A DNA stretch of 64,000 nucleotides from Candidatus Limnocylindrales bacterium (GCA_038204565.1 JBBRCU010000011.1:1511-65510), one strand, 5' to 3'; positions 54,105 through 63,942 are shown, numbered from the stretch's first letter. Notes: generated by a model not told the origin, from the sequence alone. Numbers and translations are program-made.

Positions 54105-54845
54105 ATGACCTTCGAACGAAACGCGATGCCACCCGCGGAACCGGGCCCGCCACCCGCGGTCGGTGGACCGCCGCCAACACCGACACCGGTCCAGGTCCGG
54201 CTCCAGATCCTCTCGACCGAGCATTGGTCACTGATCGCAGCGCGTGGTCTCGCCTGGAACGAGAACTTCACCCGCGTCTCGATGTATCTATCGACACTGT
54301 CGTTCAGTGTCGTCGCGCTCGGCCTGATCGCCGGCGTCGACAAGTTCAGCGACGCGTTCTTCGTGTTCGCCCTCGTGATCCTCCCGGTGACCCTGTTCGT
54401 CGGGATCGCGACGTTTCTCAGGATGGGGGCGGCGAACTACCACGATGCCCTCACGGTGATCGGGATGAATCGGATCCGTGGTGCTTACCTCGAGATCGCG
54501 CCCGAGCTCGAGCCTTACTTCGTGATGGGCGTCCACGACGACCCGGCCGGAGTCACGAAGACGATGGCGATCCCGCCCGGCACGCACCCGCTCGCCCACG
54601 TCATCTCGGCGGCGCCGTTCGTCGTCAACGTCCTGAACGGCGTCGTCGGCGGTGCGATCGTCGCGATCGCCTGCGTCCGGCTGCTGCGACTCGACGTCGC
54701 GCCAACGCTCCTTGTCGGGATCGCGGGCTTCACCGTCACCCTGATCCTCCAGATTGCCTACATCCGCGCCAACATCCGCCTTCTGCGAGGCGGCATCCGG
54801 CCGCGGTTCCCGACGCCGACCGAAGACGGCCCCGCGGCGCGGTGA
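54105..54845 (+). CDS. Integral membrane protein, unknown function
   Basis: GGGAGGGACG precedes ATG 54105. A Pro-rich N-terminus is followed by 4-5 TM segments. The stop overlaps the MttB-family start (GTGA). Confidence 0.6.
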   Translation: MTFERNAMPPAEPGPPPAVGGPPPTPTPVQVRLQILSTEHWSLIAARGLAWNENFTRVSMYLSTLSFSVVALGLIAGVDKFSDAFFVFALVILPVTLFVGIATFLRMGAANYHDALTVIGMNRIRGAYLEIAPELEPYFVMGVHDDPAGVTKTMAIPPGTHPLAHVISAAPFVVNVLNGVVGGAIVAIACVRLLRLDVAPTLLVGIAGFTVTLILQIAYIRANIRLLRGGIRPRFPTPTEDGPAAR

Positions 54846-56368
54846 CCGCCGAGCCCGTCGCCCATCGACGCCGCGCGCGCAGGACCGGGGCCGGCATTCC
54901 CCAGCTCCCGTTCCGGACTCTGACCAACCCGTTCAGCCCGCTCGAGGTCCTGTCCCCGGACCACGTCGAGGACATCCATCGGACTTCGCTGCGGATCCTG
55001 GCCGAGGTCGGCGTCGAAGTTCTCGGTGACCGGGCGATCGACCTCCTCGTCGCGGCCGGCGCGACGGTCGATCGTTCGAACCGACGGGTGCGGCTGGATG
55101 GCGCCCTCGTCGAGGAGCTGATCAGGACGGCGCCCGCCGAGTTCACGCTTCACGCCCGGAACCCGGTGCGGAACGTCGTTCTCGGCGGCCGCAACGTCGT
55201 CTTCTCGTCGGTCGGTGGACCGGCCTTCGTCAGCGACCTGGACCGGGGCCGGCGGGCCGGGACGTGGCAGGACTTCCAGGACTACGTCTCGGTCATCTCG
55301 GCGCTCAACGTCATCCACCAGGAGGCTGGCGGGCCGCTCGAGCCAACCGATCTCCCGGTCGAGACCCGCCATCTCGACATGTACGCCTGCCTGGCGACGA
55401 CCCTCGACAAGACGTGGCACTGCCTCGGGTTCGGAGCGCCGGTCGTCGAGGACGCCATCGCCATCATCGGTCTGGCCCGCGGGGTATCGCGGGAGGAGTT
55501 GGCCGGCGACCCGTCCCTGATCACGATCATCAACACCAACTCACCGCTTCGCCTCGACGGTCCAATGAGTGACGGCCTGATCGCGATGGCCGCGGCCGGC
55601 CAGGCGGTCGTGGCGACGCCGTTCACGCTTGCGGGAGCGATGACCCCGGTGACCATGGCGGCGGCGATCGCCCAGCAGAACGCCGAAGCCCTGTTCTGCG
55701 TCGCCCTGACCCAGATCGTTCGGCCCGGCGCGCCGGTCGTCTACGGGGCCTTCACCTCGAACGTCGACATGCGGACGGGGTCCCCGGCCTTCGGCACGCC
55801 CGAATACGTGAAGGGCGCGATTGCCTCGGGCCAGATGGCGCGCCGTTATCGGCTGCCCTGGCGCTCGTCGAACGCCACGGCCTCGGCGGTTGTCGACGTC
55901 CAGGCCGCGTACGAGTCGGAGATGGCGGTCTGGGGCGCGATGATGGGCGGGGTCAACCTGCTCTACCAGGGCGCGGGCTGGCTCGAGGGCGGGCTCACCG
56001 CCTCCTTCGAGAAGCTGATCGTCGACGCCGAGATCCTCCAGATGATGTCGGAGGTGCTCCAGCCCGTTGTCGTCGACGAGGCGTCGCTCGGGCTCGACGC
56101 GATTGCCGAGGTCGGACCGGGCGGCCATTTCTTCGGCTCGGCTCACACGCTGGAGCGCTTCGAGACCGCGTTCTACCGGCCCATCCTGTCCGACTGGCGG
56201 AACTACGAGACGTGGCTCGATGACGGCGCCCAGACCGCGACCCAACGGGCGAACGGGATCTGGAAGCAGCTCCTGGCCGAGTTCGAACCGCCGCCGCTCG
56301 ACCCGGCCGCTGCAGAGGCGATCGCCGCCTTCGTCACCCGCCGCAAGCGCGAGATCAGCCGATCCTGA
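54842..56368 (+). CDS. MttB-superfamily (trimethylamine methyltransferase-like) protein, non-pyrrolysine type
   Basis: Full-length similarity to the MttB family (LSPDHVEDIHRTSLRILAEVGVEV; NTNSPLRLD; GGVNLLYQGAGWLEGGL; GPGGHFFG). The frame is continuous with no in-frame UAG. Confidence 0.85.
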   Translation: MTAEPVAHRRRARRTGAGIPQLPFRTLTNPFSPLEVLSPDHVEDIHRTSLRILAEVGVEVLGDRAIDLLVAAGATVDRSNRRVRLDGALVEELIRTAPAEFTLHARNPVRNVVLGGRNVVFSSVGGPAFVSDLDRGRRAGTWQDFQDYVSVISALNVIHQEAGGPLEPTDLPVETRHLDMYACLATTLDKTWHCLGFGAPVVEDAIAIIGLARGVSREELAGDPSLITIINTNSPLRLDGPMSDGLIAMAAAGQAVVATPFTLAGAMTPVTMAAAIAQQNAEALFCVALTQIVRPGAPVVYGAFTSNVDMRTGSPAFGTPEYVKGAIASGQMARRYRLPWRSSNATASAVVDVQAAYESEMAVWGAMMGGVNLLYQGAGWLEGGLTASFEKLIVDAEILQMMSEVLQPVVVDEASLGLDAIAEVGPGGHFFGSAHTLERFETAFYRPILSDWRNYETWLDDGAQTATQRANGIWKQLLAEFEPPPLDPAAAEAIAAFVTRRKREISRS

Positions 56369-56389
56369 ACGAACCCGGCCATCGGCTGA

Positions 56390-57727
56390 TCAGGCGGCCG
56401 CTGCGAGCATGTCGGCGTACGTCGCGAGCGACCGGGCGACCTTGGCGAGCGGCTCCATCAGGGCCGGCGTGCAGGCTTGCCCGCAGCGGACCGCGAACGC
56501 GGCCGCCTCGCGCAGGCGTTCCTCCATCAGGATCCATGCCGCCTCGCGATGCGGGAGCAGGTAATCGACCTGGTAGAAGAGCTCGAATCCCGGGCCGGCT
56601 GCGATGCCCGGCCGGTCCATCCCGATGGGCAGGGTGGTGACGACGCTCCCGAGCGGCTTGATCGCCGTGTACATCAACCCGACCGACACATCGGCCAGGA
56701 CAGCGAGCTGCTCCGGCGTCTCGTCCGTGTGGGCGAAATACCGAGAGAGGAGCTGGAGCAGGACCTCGTAGGCCACGTTGAGGAGGTCCATCGCTCGGGT
56801 GGTGCCCGGGTCCGTGATGAGCGGCATGCCGGGACCCGTCGCCTGGGGCCGGACATTGGCCGCCACGACCGGTCGAGCGGGCTCGAAGCCCGGGTCCGCC
56901 CGGCGGAGCGCGAGGTATTCGTCGAGGATGCCGAGAAGACGCCCGAAGTGGGCGTCGCGCCACTCCCCGCGAGCGCCCTCGCCCTGCTCGACGATTGTGT
57001 CGATCGCGCGCCGGGCAGACGCGAGGTCCGTGACGGCGACGAGCTCGTCCCAGCGGAAGTGGACCGCGGTCGCCTGCGCATCGGACGGCCCGACGAACAA
57101 TCGCCCCGGGCCGAGACGGCGGTCGAGGTGCTCCAGGCCCAGCTGGATCGAGCGGTAGAGCTGGCCGATCGTGTCGAAGTCCTGAAGGTGCGGGACGATC
57201 TCGTCCGCTTCGTCGTGCGGCAGGGCGATCGCCTCGCCGAGGGCCTCGAAGCCTTCGGCATCGTCGACCGCCATTCCCTCGGGCCGCTCCAGGAATGCGA
57301 AGTGACGGAGCGCAGTCTCGCCGAACGGCAGCAGCTCGATCCGGACGCCGGCCGGGTAGCTGGACGCGGGCAGAGGGAAATTCGGCCGAGCAAGGCGCGG
57401 CGCCGCCCCGACTGCGGTCAGCAGATTCTGGACGAGCGCCAGGTGGAGCATCTCCTGCTCACCGATGGACAGGAGCGTCCTGCGCCACCCCTGGACCGCT
57501 GCGAGCGTCTCCGCGGACAGCCCCTCGCGGGTCGTCTGCCTGAGAGAGAACGCGGCGAACAGGTACTGAAGCATGATCAGGTGCTCGAGCTCGGCCGCCT
57601 TGCCGAGGGTGTAGATGAGCGCTTCCCGGTTCTCGAGGATGACCTGTGGACCGGCCGTCTTCCCCTCGCGGACCGAGAGGACATGAGCGAGGGCCCCATG
57701 GGGACCCGCAGAGAGATCGTCGTCCAT
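56390..57727 (-). CDS. Ferritin-like domain protein (di-iron four-helix-bundle superfamily)
   Basis: AAELEHLIMLQYLFAAFSL and EQEMLHLALVQNLL match the Ferritin-like family. The C-terminal half is unassigned. Confidence 0.7.
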   Translation of the reverse strand: MDDDLSAGPHGALAHVLSVREGKTAGPQVILENREALIYTLGKAAELEHLIMLQYLFAAFSLRQTTREGLSAETLAAVQGWRRTLLSIGEQEMLHLALVQNLLTAVGAAPRLARPNFPLPASSYPAGVRIELLPFGETALRHFAFLERPEGMAVDDAEGFEALGEAIALPHDEADEIVPHLQDFDTIGQLYRSIQLGLEHLDRRLGPGRLFVGPSDAQATAVHFRWDELVAVTDLASARRAIDTIVEQGEGARGEWRDAHFGRLLGILDEYLALRRADPGFEPARPVVAANVRPQATGPGMPLITDPGTTRAMDLLNVAYEVLLQLLSRYFAHTDETPEQLAVLADVSVGLMYTAIKPLGSVVTTLPIGMDRPGIAAGPGFELFYQVDYLLPHREAAWILMEERLREAAAFAVRCGQACTPALMEPLAKVARSLATYADMLAAAA

Positions 57728-57845
57728 GGCTACACGGTATGCCTGATCTGGTCATCGGGTGGCCCCATCCGTGACGCCCCACGGCATGGATCCCCGGGTA
57801 TCGTGGGCGGAACGATCCGTCGATGAAGAAAGGCGCGGTGCCCGC

Positions 57846-58355
57846 ATGACCCGATCCCAGCTCGCCGACGCGTTTGGTCATCACGTCTGGGCAACGCTGC
57901 AACTCGTCGACGCCTGTGCCGCGCTGCCTCCCGAGCAGCTCGAGACGACGGTTACCGGCACCTACGGCTCCATCCTCGAGACGACCCGCCATCTGGTCGG
58001 CGCCGACTGCGCGTACCTGTTCCTGGTCAGCGGCGGGGCCGTGCCCGAGATCGAGGAGGCAGCGATGGTCCTCGCTCAGCTTCGGGTCGCGATGGCCGCC
58101 AACGGCCCCGCCTGGTCGACGTTCCTCGAGCGGGATCTCGACCCCGACGCAGTGGTCGTCCGCCAGCGGGACGATGGGACCGCCAGCTCCGCCCCGCTGG
58201 GGATCCGTCTCGCCCAGGCGCTCCACCATGGGACCGACCATCGGAGCCAGATCTGCACGGCGCTCACGACGCTCGGGATCGAACCGCCCGCGATCGACGC
58301 GTGGGACTTCGCCGACCAGGACGGCCGGCTGGCCGTCGTTCCCGTCGCGTCCTGA
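57846..58355 (+). CDS. DinB-family metal-dependent protein
   Basis: AFGHHVWAT, TTRHLVGAD and HHGTDHRSQI form the DinB His triad pattern. Confidence 0.8.
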   Translation: MTRSQLADAFGHHVWATLQLVDACAALPPEQLETTVTGTYGSILETTRHLVGADCAYLFLVSGGAVPEIEEAAMVLAQLRVAMAANGPAWSTFLERDLDPDAVVVRQRDDGTASSAPLGIRLAQALHHGTDHRSQICTALTTLGIEPPAIDAWDFADQDGRLAVVPVAS

Positions 58356-58356
58356 G

Positions 58357-58713
58357 ATGAGCGGAGTCGAGGAATATCTCGCCGCGCTCCCCGCGGACCG
58401 CCGCGCCAAGCTCGAGGCGATGCGCTCGACGATCCGGACGGCTGCGCCGGCCGCAGACGAATCGATCGCCTACCAGATGCCCGCCGTCCGGAGCCACGGC
58501 CGGTTTCTCGTCTCGGATGGATCCTGGAAGCGCCACATCAGCCTGTTCCCGGCGAGCGCGGCCGTCGTCGACGCCCTCGGCGCGGATCTGACGCCGTATC
58601 TGGCGGGCAAGGGAACGATCCGGTTCGAGGCCGATCGGCCGATCCCGCTCGCGCTCATTGCCCGCGTCGTCGAGGTCAGGCTGACCGAGGTCGCTACGGC
58701 GAGCGAGCTGTGA
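58357..58713 (+). CDS. DUF1801 (YdhG-like) domain protein
   Basis: VEEYLAALPADRRAKLEAMRSTI...ESIAYQMP...ISLFP...GKGTIRF. The start is 1 nt after the DinB stop. Confidence 0.7.
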   Translation: MSGVEEYLAALPADRRAKLEAMRSTIRTAAPAADESIAYQMPAVRSHGRFLVSDGSWKRHISLFPASAAVVDALGADLTPYLAGKGTIRFEADRPIPLALIARVVEVRLTEVATASEL

Positions 58714-58756
58714 GTCATGTCCGCTGTCGGCCGTTTGCCTCATCGGAGCACCGCCC

Positions 58757-59362
58757 GTGAGCCGCCGGCCGGTGTCCGCGGCCATCCCGCTCGACGAACC
58801 GATCCGCGCTCTGTTCGAGCAGGTCGCCCGACACGGCGGCGAAGCAGCTCCCGACCTCGGAGCGATCGGCGCCGCCCTGTCCGAGTTGGCGGCGGACCAC
58901 CACTACCTGGCCCGCTTCGTCGAGCGGCTGGGCAACACGGATGGGGCGTTGCCGATCCACGCCCCCGGCCGCGGTCCGCGGCTGATGATCGTCCATCGCT
59001 CAACGGGCAACATGAGCGCGGTCCACGACCACGGGACCTGGGTCGCCATCAGCCCGGTTGTCGGGATCGAGACCCATCGGCGCTGGCGAGTCGTCGGGGA
59101 CGCCGCGGACCGGCGCCTCGATCTCGCCGAGGATCTCGCCCTCGAGCCGAGCGCCACCGCGACCCTCCTCCCGCCCGACGACCTCCACGATCACGGTCAT
59201 CTCGTCGGGCGCGGCAACCCGGCCCACGTGCTGATCCTGCTCGGCGACGACCAGACCCGGTTCACCCGCAACGAGTGGGATCTCGCCAGCGGCCGCCATC
59301 GCATCCTGGGCCCGGGCGTGCCGGGCCGCTGGCTCGCCAGCGAGCCGATGCCGCTCGACTGA
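58757..59362 (+). CDS. Cupin-fold protein (cysteine-dioxygenase-like)
   Basis: The His-rich motifs SAVHDHGTW and DLHDHGH are spaced as in cupin metal sites. Weak assignment. Confidence 0.45.
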   Translation: MSRRPVSAAIPLDEPIRALFEQVARHGGEAAPDLGAIGAALSELAADHHYLARFVERLGNTDGALPIHAPGRGPRLMIVHRSTGNMSAVHDHGTWVAISPVVGIETHRRWRVVGDAADRRLDLAEDLALEPSATATLLPPDDLHDHGHLVGRGNPAHVLILLGDDQTRFTRNEWDLASGRHRILGPGVPGRWLASEPMPLD

Positions 59363-59629
59363 CGCTCGCCTGGCCGCGGTCGCGCCGACCCGGGCATGGA
59401 ACGGCCGGCCGCCGAGGGTTGCGACCGGCCGGAGAGGGGAGAAGAGGGGTTGTCGGTCAGTGGCCGGGACCGCCCCGGAACGAGCCGTTGGCCTGGTCGG
59501 TCGCCCGAGCGACAAGCTCGGTCTTCTCCTGGTGGGATCTCCCGATCGATCGATGCATCCGGCGCGCCGTTCGGCCGGACATGAATGCGTCCATGCCGGC
59601 AGTCTCGGGTGGATCACCTTGCGACCGGG

Positions 59630-59875
59630 TTACATCGCCTCTCGAGGTTCGCCAGACCCGAAGTCCGTCTCCTTGACCAGGCGGCCGGCGCGATCGAAGG
59701 TCCGCCAGGGGCCGATCTGGCGGCCGCGATCGAACGATCCGGTCCGCATCAGACTGCCGTCGAGCCGATACCACGCCCAGGCCCCGTGCATCTCGCCGTC
59801 GAGATGAAAGCCCGTCATCTTCAATTTGCCGCCTGCATACCGCTCGGCATGCGGCGCCGCCTGGGGAACCGGCAC
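59630..59875 (-). CDS. Small MORN-repeat-variant-like protein
   Basis: GEMHGAWAWYRLDGSLMRTGSFDRGRQIGPWRTFDRAGRLVKE resembles two MORN/YwqK-type repeats. The ORF is short, so confidence is low. Confidence 0.4.
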   Translation of the reverse strand: MPVPQAAPHAERYAGGKLKMTGFHLDGEMHGAWAWYRLDGSLMRTGSFDRGRQIGPWRTFDRAGRLVKETDFGSGEPREAM

Positions 59876-59886
59876 GAGACCCGCGC

Positions 59887-60618
59887 TCAGCTCGGGTCCT
59901 GCCAGATGACGTTGATCGAGTCGCCCAGCGTGGCCCCACCGACGAGCGGCAGCTTCGTCGGGTCGCTCGCCGTCCAGGTGCCCGGGCTATAGGCATTGGG
60001 CGGGAATTGGTCCATCGACAGCAGGCCCATATGCATGTAGGCGTCGGCGACCAGTTCGGCACAGAAATAGGTGCCGAAGAACAGTTGGATGCTCTTCTGG
60101 CCTGCAGCGAAGCCGCCGGGCATCCCGACCCACTCGCTCGGAAAAGGCAGTCCGTCGACGCGGTCGATGAAGATCCGGAGTGCAGCGAACTGGGCGTCGC
60201 CGATCGTCGGACTCATCAGATGACGGATCCAGAACTGGTCACCCGGCATCTGCGCGGCATAGTCCTTGAGGACGATGTCGAGGGGCGAGATCCGGAGGCC
60301 ATCATGGCTGCCGTCCGGGCTTGTCTTGCCGTACAGGCGATTGTCCGGATCGCCGACGTACGGGTCCGCGTAGCAGCCGTTGACCCCGGCGCAAGTGCCG
60401 GGCCCCGGTGCATCGAACAGGTAGAGGCTGCCGCTGTCATTGATGATGATCCCGACGTGCGACCGGGTCGCCTCGCCGGCGATCTGGTCGACGTCCTCGA
60501 TCAGGAGGTCGATCAGGTTCTTCGGGTCGCCCTGGAGGAAGACGAGATCGCCGGTGTTCAGCGAGCCGCGGATCTCCGGATAGGTCACCGGATTGTCCGC
60601 CGAGGCGAGCGCGGTCAT
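59887..60618 (-). CDS. Permuted papain-like (YiiX/NlpC-P60 superfamily) amidase/peptidase
   Basis: AGGAGG precedes ATG 60618. SHVGIII (His region) is followed later by GTYFCAELV (Cys), the order seen in the permuted YiiX family. There is no signal peptide. Confidence 0.55.
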   Translation of the reverse strand: MTALASADNPVTYPEIRGSLNTGDLVFLQGDPKNLIDLLIEDVDQIAGEATRSHVGIIINDSGSLYLFDAPGPGTCAGVNGCYADPYVGDPDNRLYGKTSPDGSHDGLRISPLDIVLKDYAAQMPGDQFWIRHLMSPTIGDAQFAALRIFIDRVDGLPFPSEWVGMPGGFAAGQKSIQLFFGTYFCAELVADAYMHMGLLSMDQFPPNAYSPGTWTASDPTKLPLVGGATLGDSINVIWQDPS

Positions 60619-60641
60619 GGTCCCTCCTGTGGGCGTGCCGA

Positions 60642-62441
60642 TCACTGGGCTGACGGTTCCTCGTCCGGGAATTCGAACCCGGCGAGCTTCAGGCCTTCGA
60701 GGATCCGGGCCGTCACCGCGGGCGGCGCCGAGGCCATGTAGGTCCGGACATTCTGGAGCGACATCGTCGGCTGGATCCGGCGCATCTCGGCGACCGCCTG
60801 GTGGGCCCGCGGCAGGTCGCCCAGAAATGCCGACGTCGCCGCGATATTCGAGTGCGCCGGCATCGCCTCGGGCTCGATCGCGATCGCCCGCTCGGACGAC
60901 TCGCGCGCCTCGGCGTCTCGCCCTGCAATGAACAGCACCGCGGCCTTGCCGGCATGGAACGTCCAGAGCGACGGATCGCGAGGGCTCAGCCAGATGGCTC
61001 GGTCGAGCTGCTTGAGCCCCTCCTCGGTCTGGCCGGCCATGCCCAGGAACTGGCCGTACAGCGAGCGCGCCGCGGGCAGGCTCGGGTTCAGCTCGACCGA
61101 CCGGCGGAGGGCCACGAGCGCGTCCGGGAGCTTGCCCTGGACCGAACAGGCCAGGGCCCGGTACAGATGGCCATTGGCGTCCCGGGGATCGCAGGCGACG
61201 GCTCGCTCCGAGGCCTCGATCAGGTGCGCCACGTTCTCCGCGGGATCCGTGGTCCATTGGTGCTGGACCATTCGATAGTGGGCGTGGGCCAGGTGGGCCT
61301 GGGCGAAGCCGAAGCCGGGGTCCAGCTCGACCGCCCGGGTCAGCAGGCGGAGGGCCTGCTCGGCGCTGTCGCGGTCGTTGCGATAGAGATGGGCAAGTCC
61401 GCGGAGGGCATAGTCCCAGGCATTCAGGTCGGCTGGCGGCTGGCGCATCGCTCGATCGGATTCTGCCTTCAGGAGCTCCGGCCGCATCGCCACCGCGATC
61501 GCCTCGGCGATCTCGGCCTGCGTGTCGAAGACGTCGGTCAACTCCGTGTTCCAACGATCGGACCAGAGATGGTGCCCGGTCTGGCTCTCGATGAGCTCAG
61601 CAGCAATCCGGACCCGGGTCCCGGATTGGCGGACGTTGCCGACGACGACGTAGCCGGCCTCGAGCTCGGCCCCGACGACCTTCGGATCGACCGTCCGACC
61701 CTTGTATGTGAAGGCCGAGTTGCGGGCGATGACCGGGAACTGGCGCCACATCGCGAGGGTCGTGATCAGCTCTTCGCAGATCCCGTCGGCGAGGTAGTCC
61801 CGATCCGGGTCCCCGGTCAGGTTCTCGAATGGGAGGATCGCGAGCGTCGGCCACGCTGCGACGTGGCGGTGAGCCTCCGCCAGGACCTGGCCCGGCACCT
61901 CCACGAAGAAGGCGTGGATCGGGTAGGGAATGTTCTTGACGTGCTGGGGGCCGATGTCCTCGAGCGGCGGCGGGCTCTCAAGCTGATCGCGGACCAGGTC
62001 GGAGATGCAGATCCCGCCTGGCCGGGCGAGGCGCTCGAGACGAGCGGCCACATTGATCCCGCTGCCGTAGATCCGGTCGCCTTCGACGACGACCTCCCCA
62101 GCGTGCATCCCGATCCGGAACATCATCCGCTCGTCCGCCGGCAGCAGTTCGTTGACCGCCCGGGCGACGCCCTGGAACTCCAGTGAGGCGGCGAGCGCGT
62201 GCTCCGACTCGGCGAATTCGAACAGGAGGTTGTCGCCCGGCGAATCGACCAGGCGACCGCCGTGGGACCGGGCGATCTGCTCGCCGGTCTCGCGATGACG
62301 GGTGATGGCGCGAATCGTCGCGATCTCGTCCGTCGCCATCAGGCGGCTGTAGCCGGTCGCGTCGGCGCTTACGAGCGTCGCGGTTCTTCGGGCGACAGCC
62401 GTACTGGTCATCACGTCGATCCTGTCCTCGGCATCGATCAT
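60642..62441 (-). CDS. Class III adenylate/guanylate cyclase fused to a middle domain and a C-terminal TPR array
   Basis: Cyclase motifs LVSADATGYSRL, GDNLLFEF, RIGMHAGEVV and YGSGINVAARLE. The C-terminal half has TPR-like repeats. Start is ATG 62441 or 62411. Confidence 0.85.
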   Translation of the reverse strand: MIDAEDRIDVMTSTAVARRTATLVSADATGYSRLMATDEIATIRAITRHRETGEQIARSHGGRLVDSPGDNLLFEFAESEHALAASLEFQGVARAVNELLPADERMMFRIGMHAGEVVVEGDRIYGSGINVAARLERLARPGGICISDLVRDQLESPPPLEDIGPQHVKNIPYPIHAFFVEVPGQVLAEAHRHVAAWPTLAILPFENLTGDPDRDYLADGICEELITTLAMWRQFPVIARNSAFTYKGRTVDPKVVGAELEAGYVVVGNVRQSGTRVRIAAELIESQTGHHLWSDRWNTELTDVFDTQAEIAEAIAVAMRPELLKAESDRAMRQPPADLNAWDYALRGLAHLYRNDRDSAEQALRLLTRAVELDPGFGFAQAHLAHAHYRMVQHQWTTDPAENVAHLIEASERAVACDPRDANGHLYRALACSVQGKLPDALVALRRSVELNPSLPAARSLYGQFLGMAGQTEEGLKQLDRAIWLSPRDPSLWTFHAGKAAVLFIAGRDAEARESSERAIAIEPEAMPAHSNIAATSAFLGDLPRAHQAVAEMRRIQPTMSLQNVRTYMASAPPAVTARILEGLKLAGFEFPDEEPSAQ

Positions 62442-62661
62442 TGGTTCGCCGGGACGGACGTGGGTCGGGTGACGGTCGAGCCTCGCGTCCGGATGTCCGC
62501 AGTTTGCACTTCGCCCGTCCCGCTCGCATCTCGTCCGACCAAGGCCGCACCGGTCCGGATCGCTGCGCCGAACCGCGCCGCGACGGACGGCCGCGCCGCC
62601 GCGCCCGTCCCACCGTGCGACCCACCATTGACAAGTGGTGTGCCGAGGCGACACTTCCCGC

Positions 62662-63078
62662 ATGTCGACGAATGTGGCTGATGCGCTTGCCAACGTGCCG
62701 ATGCTCTCGGGCCTCGACCGCAAACACCTCGTGAAGCTCGCCAAGGATTTCACCGAACGGACGTTTCCGGCGGGGACGGTGGTCGTCCGTCAGGGCGACG
62801 ATCGGGGGATCGGGTTCTTCGTGATCGCCGACGGCGAGGCGGTCGTCTCGGTCGATGGGGCCGAAGTCTCACGTCTGGGACCCGGTGGCCATTTCGGCGC
62901 CATTGCCCTGATTGCCGACCGCCATCGGAGCGCGACGGTCACCGCGCTCTCCGAACTCCACACCTACGTGATGACCCTGTGGGACTTCCGGTCATTCGTC
63001 CAGGGCGATGCCGAGGTTGCGTGGAAGCTCCTCGAGCAGCTCGCGGTGATGGTCCAGAAGCAGTCCAGTCACCACTGA
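62662..63078 (+). CDS. Stand-alone cyclic-nucleotide-binding (CAP/CNB) domain protein
   Basis: FPAGTVVVRQGD, and GHFGAIALI....RSATVTA, which corresponds to the phosphate-binding cassette FGE.AL...RSA. Confidence 0.85.
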   Translation: MSTNVADALANVPMLSGLDRKHLVKLAKDFTERTFPAGTVVVRQGDDRGIGFFVIADGEAVVSVDGAEVSRLGPGGHFGAIALIADRHRSATVTALSELHTYVMTLWDFRSFVQGDAEVAWKLLEQLAVMVQKQSSHH

Positions 63079-63138
63079 CCGCCGGTCCGCGCCTCGGCAT
63101 CGCTGGACTCGACCCACCGGCCGCGAGGCCGCGTTGCC

Positions 63139-63942
63139 TCACAGCCGGCCGCGGATCTCCCAGAGGTCGGGGAAGACCGGCTTGAAGAGGGTCCGCCGGA
63201 GGTATTCCACTCCGGCCGAGCCGCCGGTCCCGCGCTTGGTCCCGATCGTCCGCTCGACCATCTTGACGTGTCGGTAGCGCCACTCCTGGAACCCTTCGTC
63301 GAGGTCGACCAGGCGCTCGGCCACGAGAGCGGCATCGGCGTCGTCCCGGTACACCGCGACGAGCGTGTCCTGGACCCGCTCGTCGGGCGCCGGCGGCAGC
63401 GCCGCGTCGCGCCCGAGCACGTTCTCCGGGAGCCCATGCCCGCGGGCCGCCAGGAAACGAAGGAACGATCCCCACACGGATCGGCGGCGCTGGGCCGCCT
63501 CGATCCGGGAGCGAGCTGCTGACGCCGAAGGCTGGGCGGCCGCCGCGGACGCGTCTCGCTTCCCGAGCACAGCCTCGACCTCGCGGAATTGGGCGGACTG
63601 GAAGCCCGAGGCCGACTCGAGCCGGTCGCGGAAGGACAGGAACTGGAGCGGAGTCATCGTCTCGAGCACGTCGATCTGGGCGACGAGCGTCTTGAGGATC
63701 TTCAGGATGCGGTTGAGGAGGTGGAGCGTCGTGTCGGTGTTCCCGGCCTCGAGCATCCGCTGGACCTCGGCGAGCTCGTGGAGGAGTTGCTTGAACCACA
63801 GCTCATAGACCTGGTGGATGACGATGAAGAGGAGCTCGTCGTGCTCGGGCCGGCCGTCCGCCCCGAGCGATAGGGGCCGCTGGACCGCAAGCAGCTCGTC
63901 GATCGCGAGGTAGGTCGTGTAGGTGACCGCGGCCTTCGTCAC
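63139..63942 (-). CDS. kynA: Tryptophan 2,3-dioxygenase
   Basis: YTTYLAIDELL, HQVYELWFKQ, SGFQSAQFR, WRYRHVKMVERTIG and GTGGS are hallmark TDO motifs. Confidence 0.9.
   Translation of the reverse strand: MTKAAVTYTTYLAIDELLAVQRPLSLGADGRPEHDELLFIVIHQVYELWFKQLLHELAEVQRMLEAGNTDTTLHLLNRILKILKTLVAQIDVLETMTPLQFLSFRDRLESASGFQSAQFREVEAVLGKRDASAAAAQPSASAARSRIEAAQRRRSVWGSFLRFLAARGHGLPENVLGRDAALPPAPDERVQDTLVAVYRDDADAALVAERLVDLDEGFQEWRYRHVKMVERTIGTKRGTGGSAGVEYLRRTLFKPVFPDLWEIRGRL

Noticed and set aside
59457-59594. A 45-aa minus-strand ORF (MDAFMSGRTARRMHRSIGRSHQEKTELVARATDQANGSFRGGPGH) just downstream of the MORN-like gene.
   Set aside because: GC3 is coding-like, so it may be real. However, it is very short, has no recognisable family or clear RBS, and its long ORF-track parent (59457-60062) overlaps two better-supported genes. 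I left it unannotated.
59887-63078. Reading the cyclase + CNB protein (+ amidase) as a Pycsar/CBASS-like anti-phage signalling system.
   Set aside because: The cyclase is a large housekeeping-type class III enzyme with a TPR array. The CNB protein has no TM, TIR or other killing effector. No other defence-island hallmarks (mobile genes, restriction or abortive-infection genes) are nearby.
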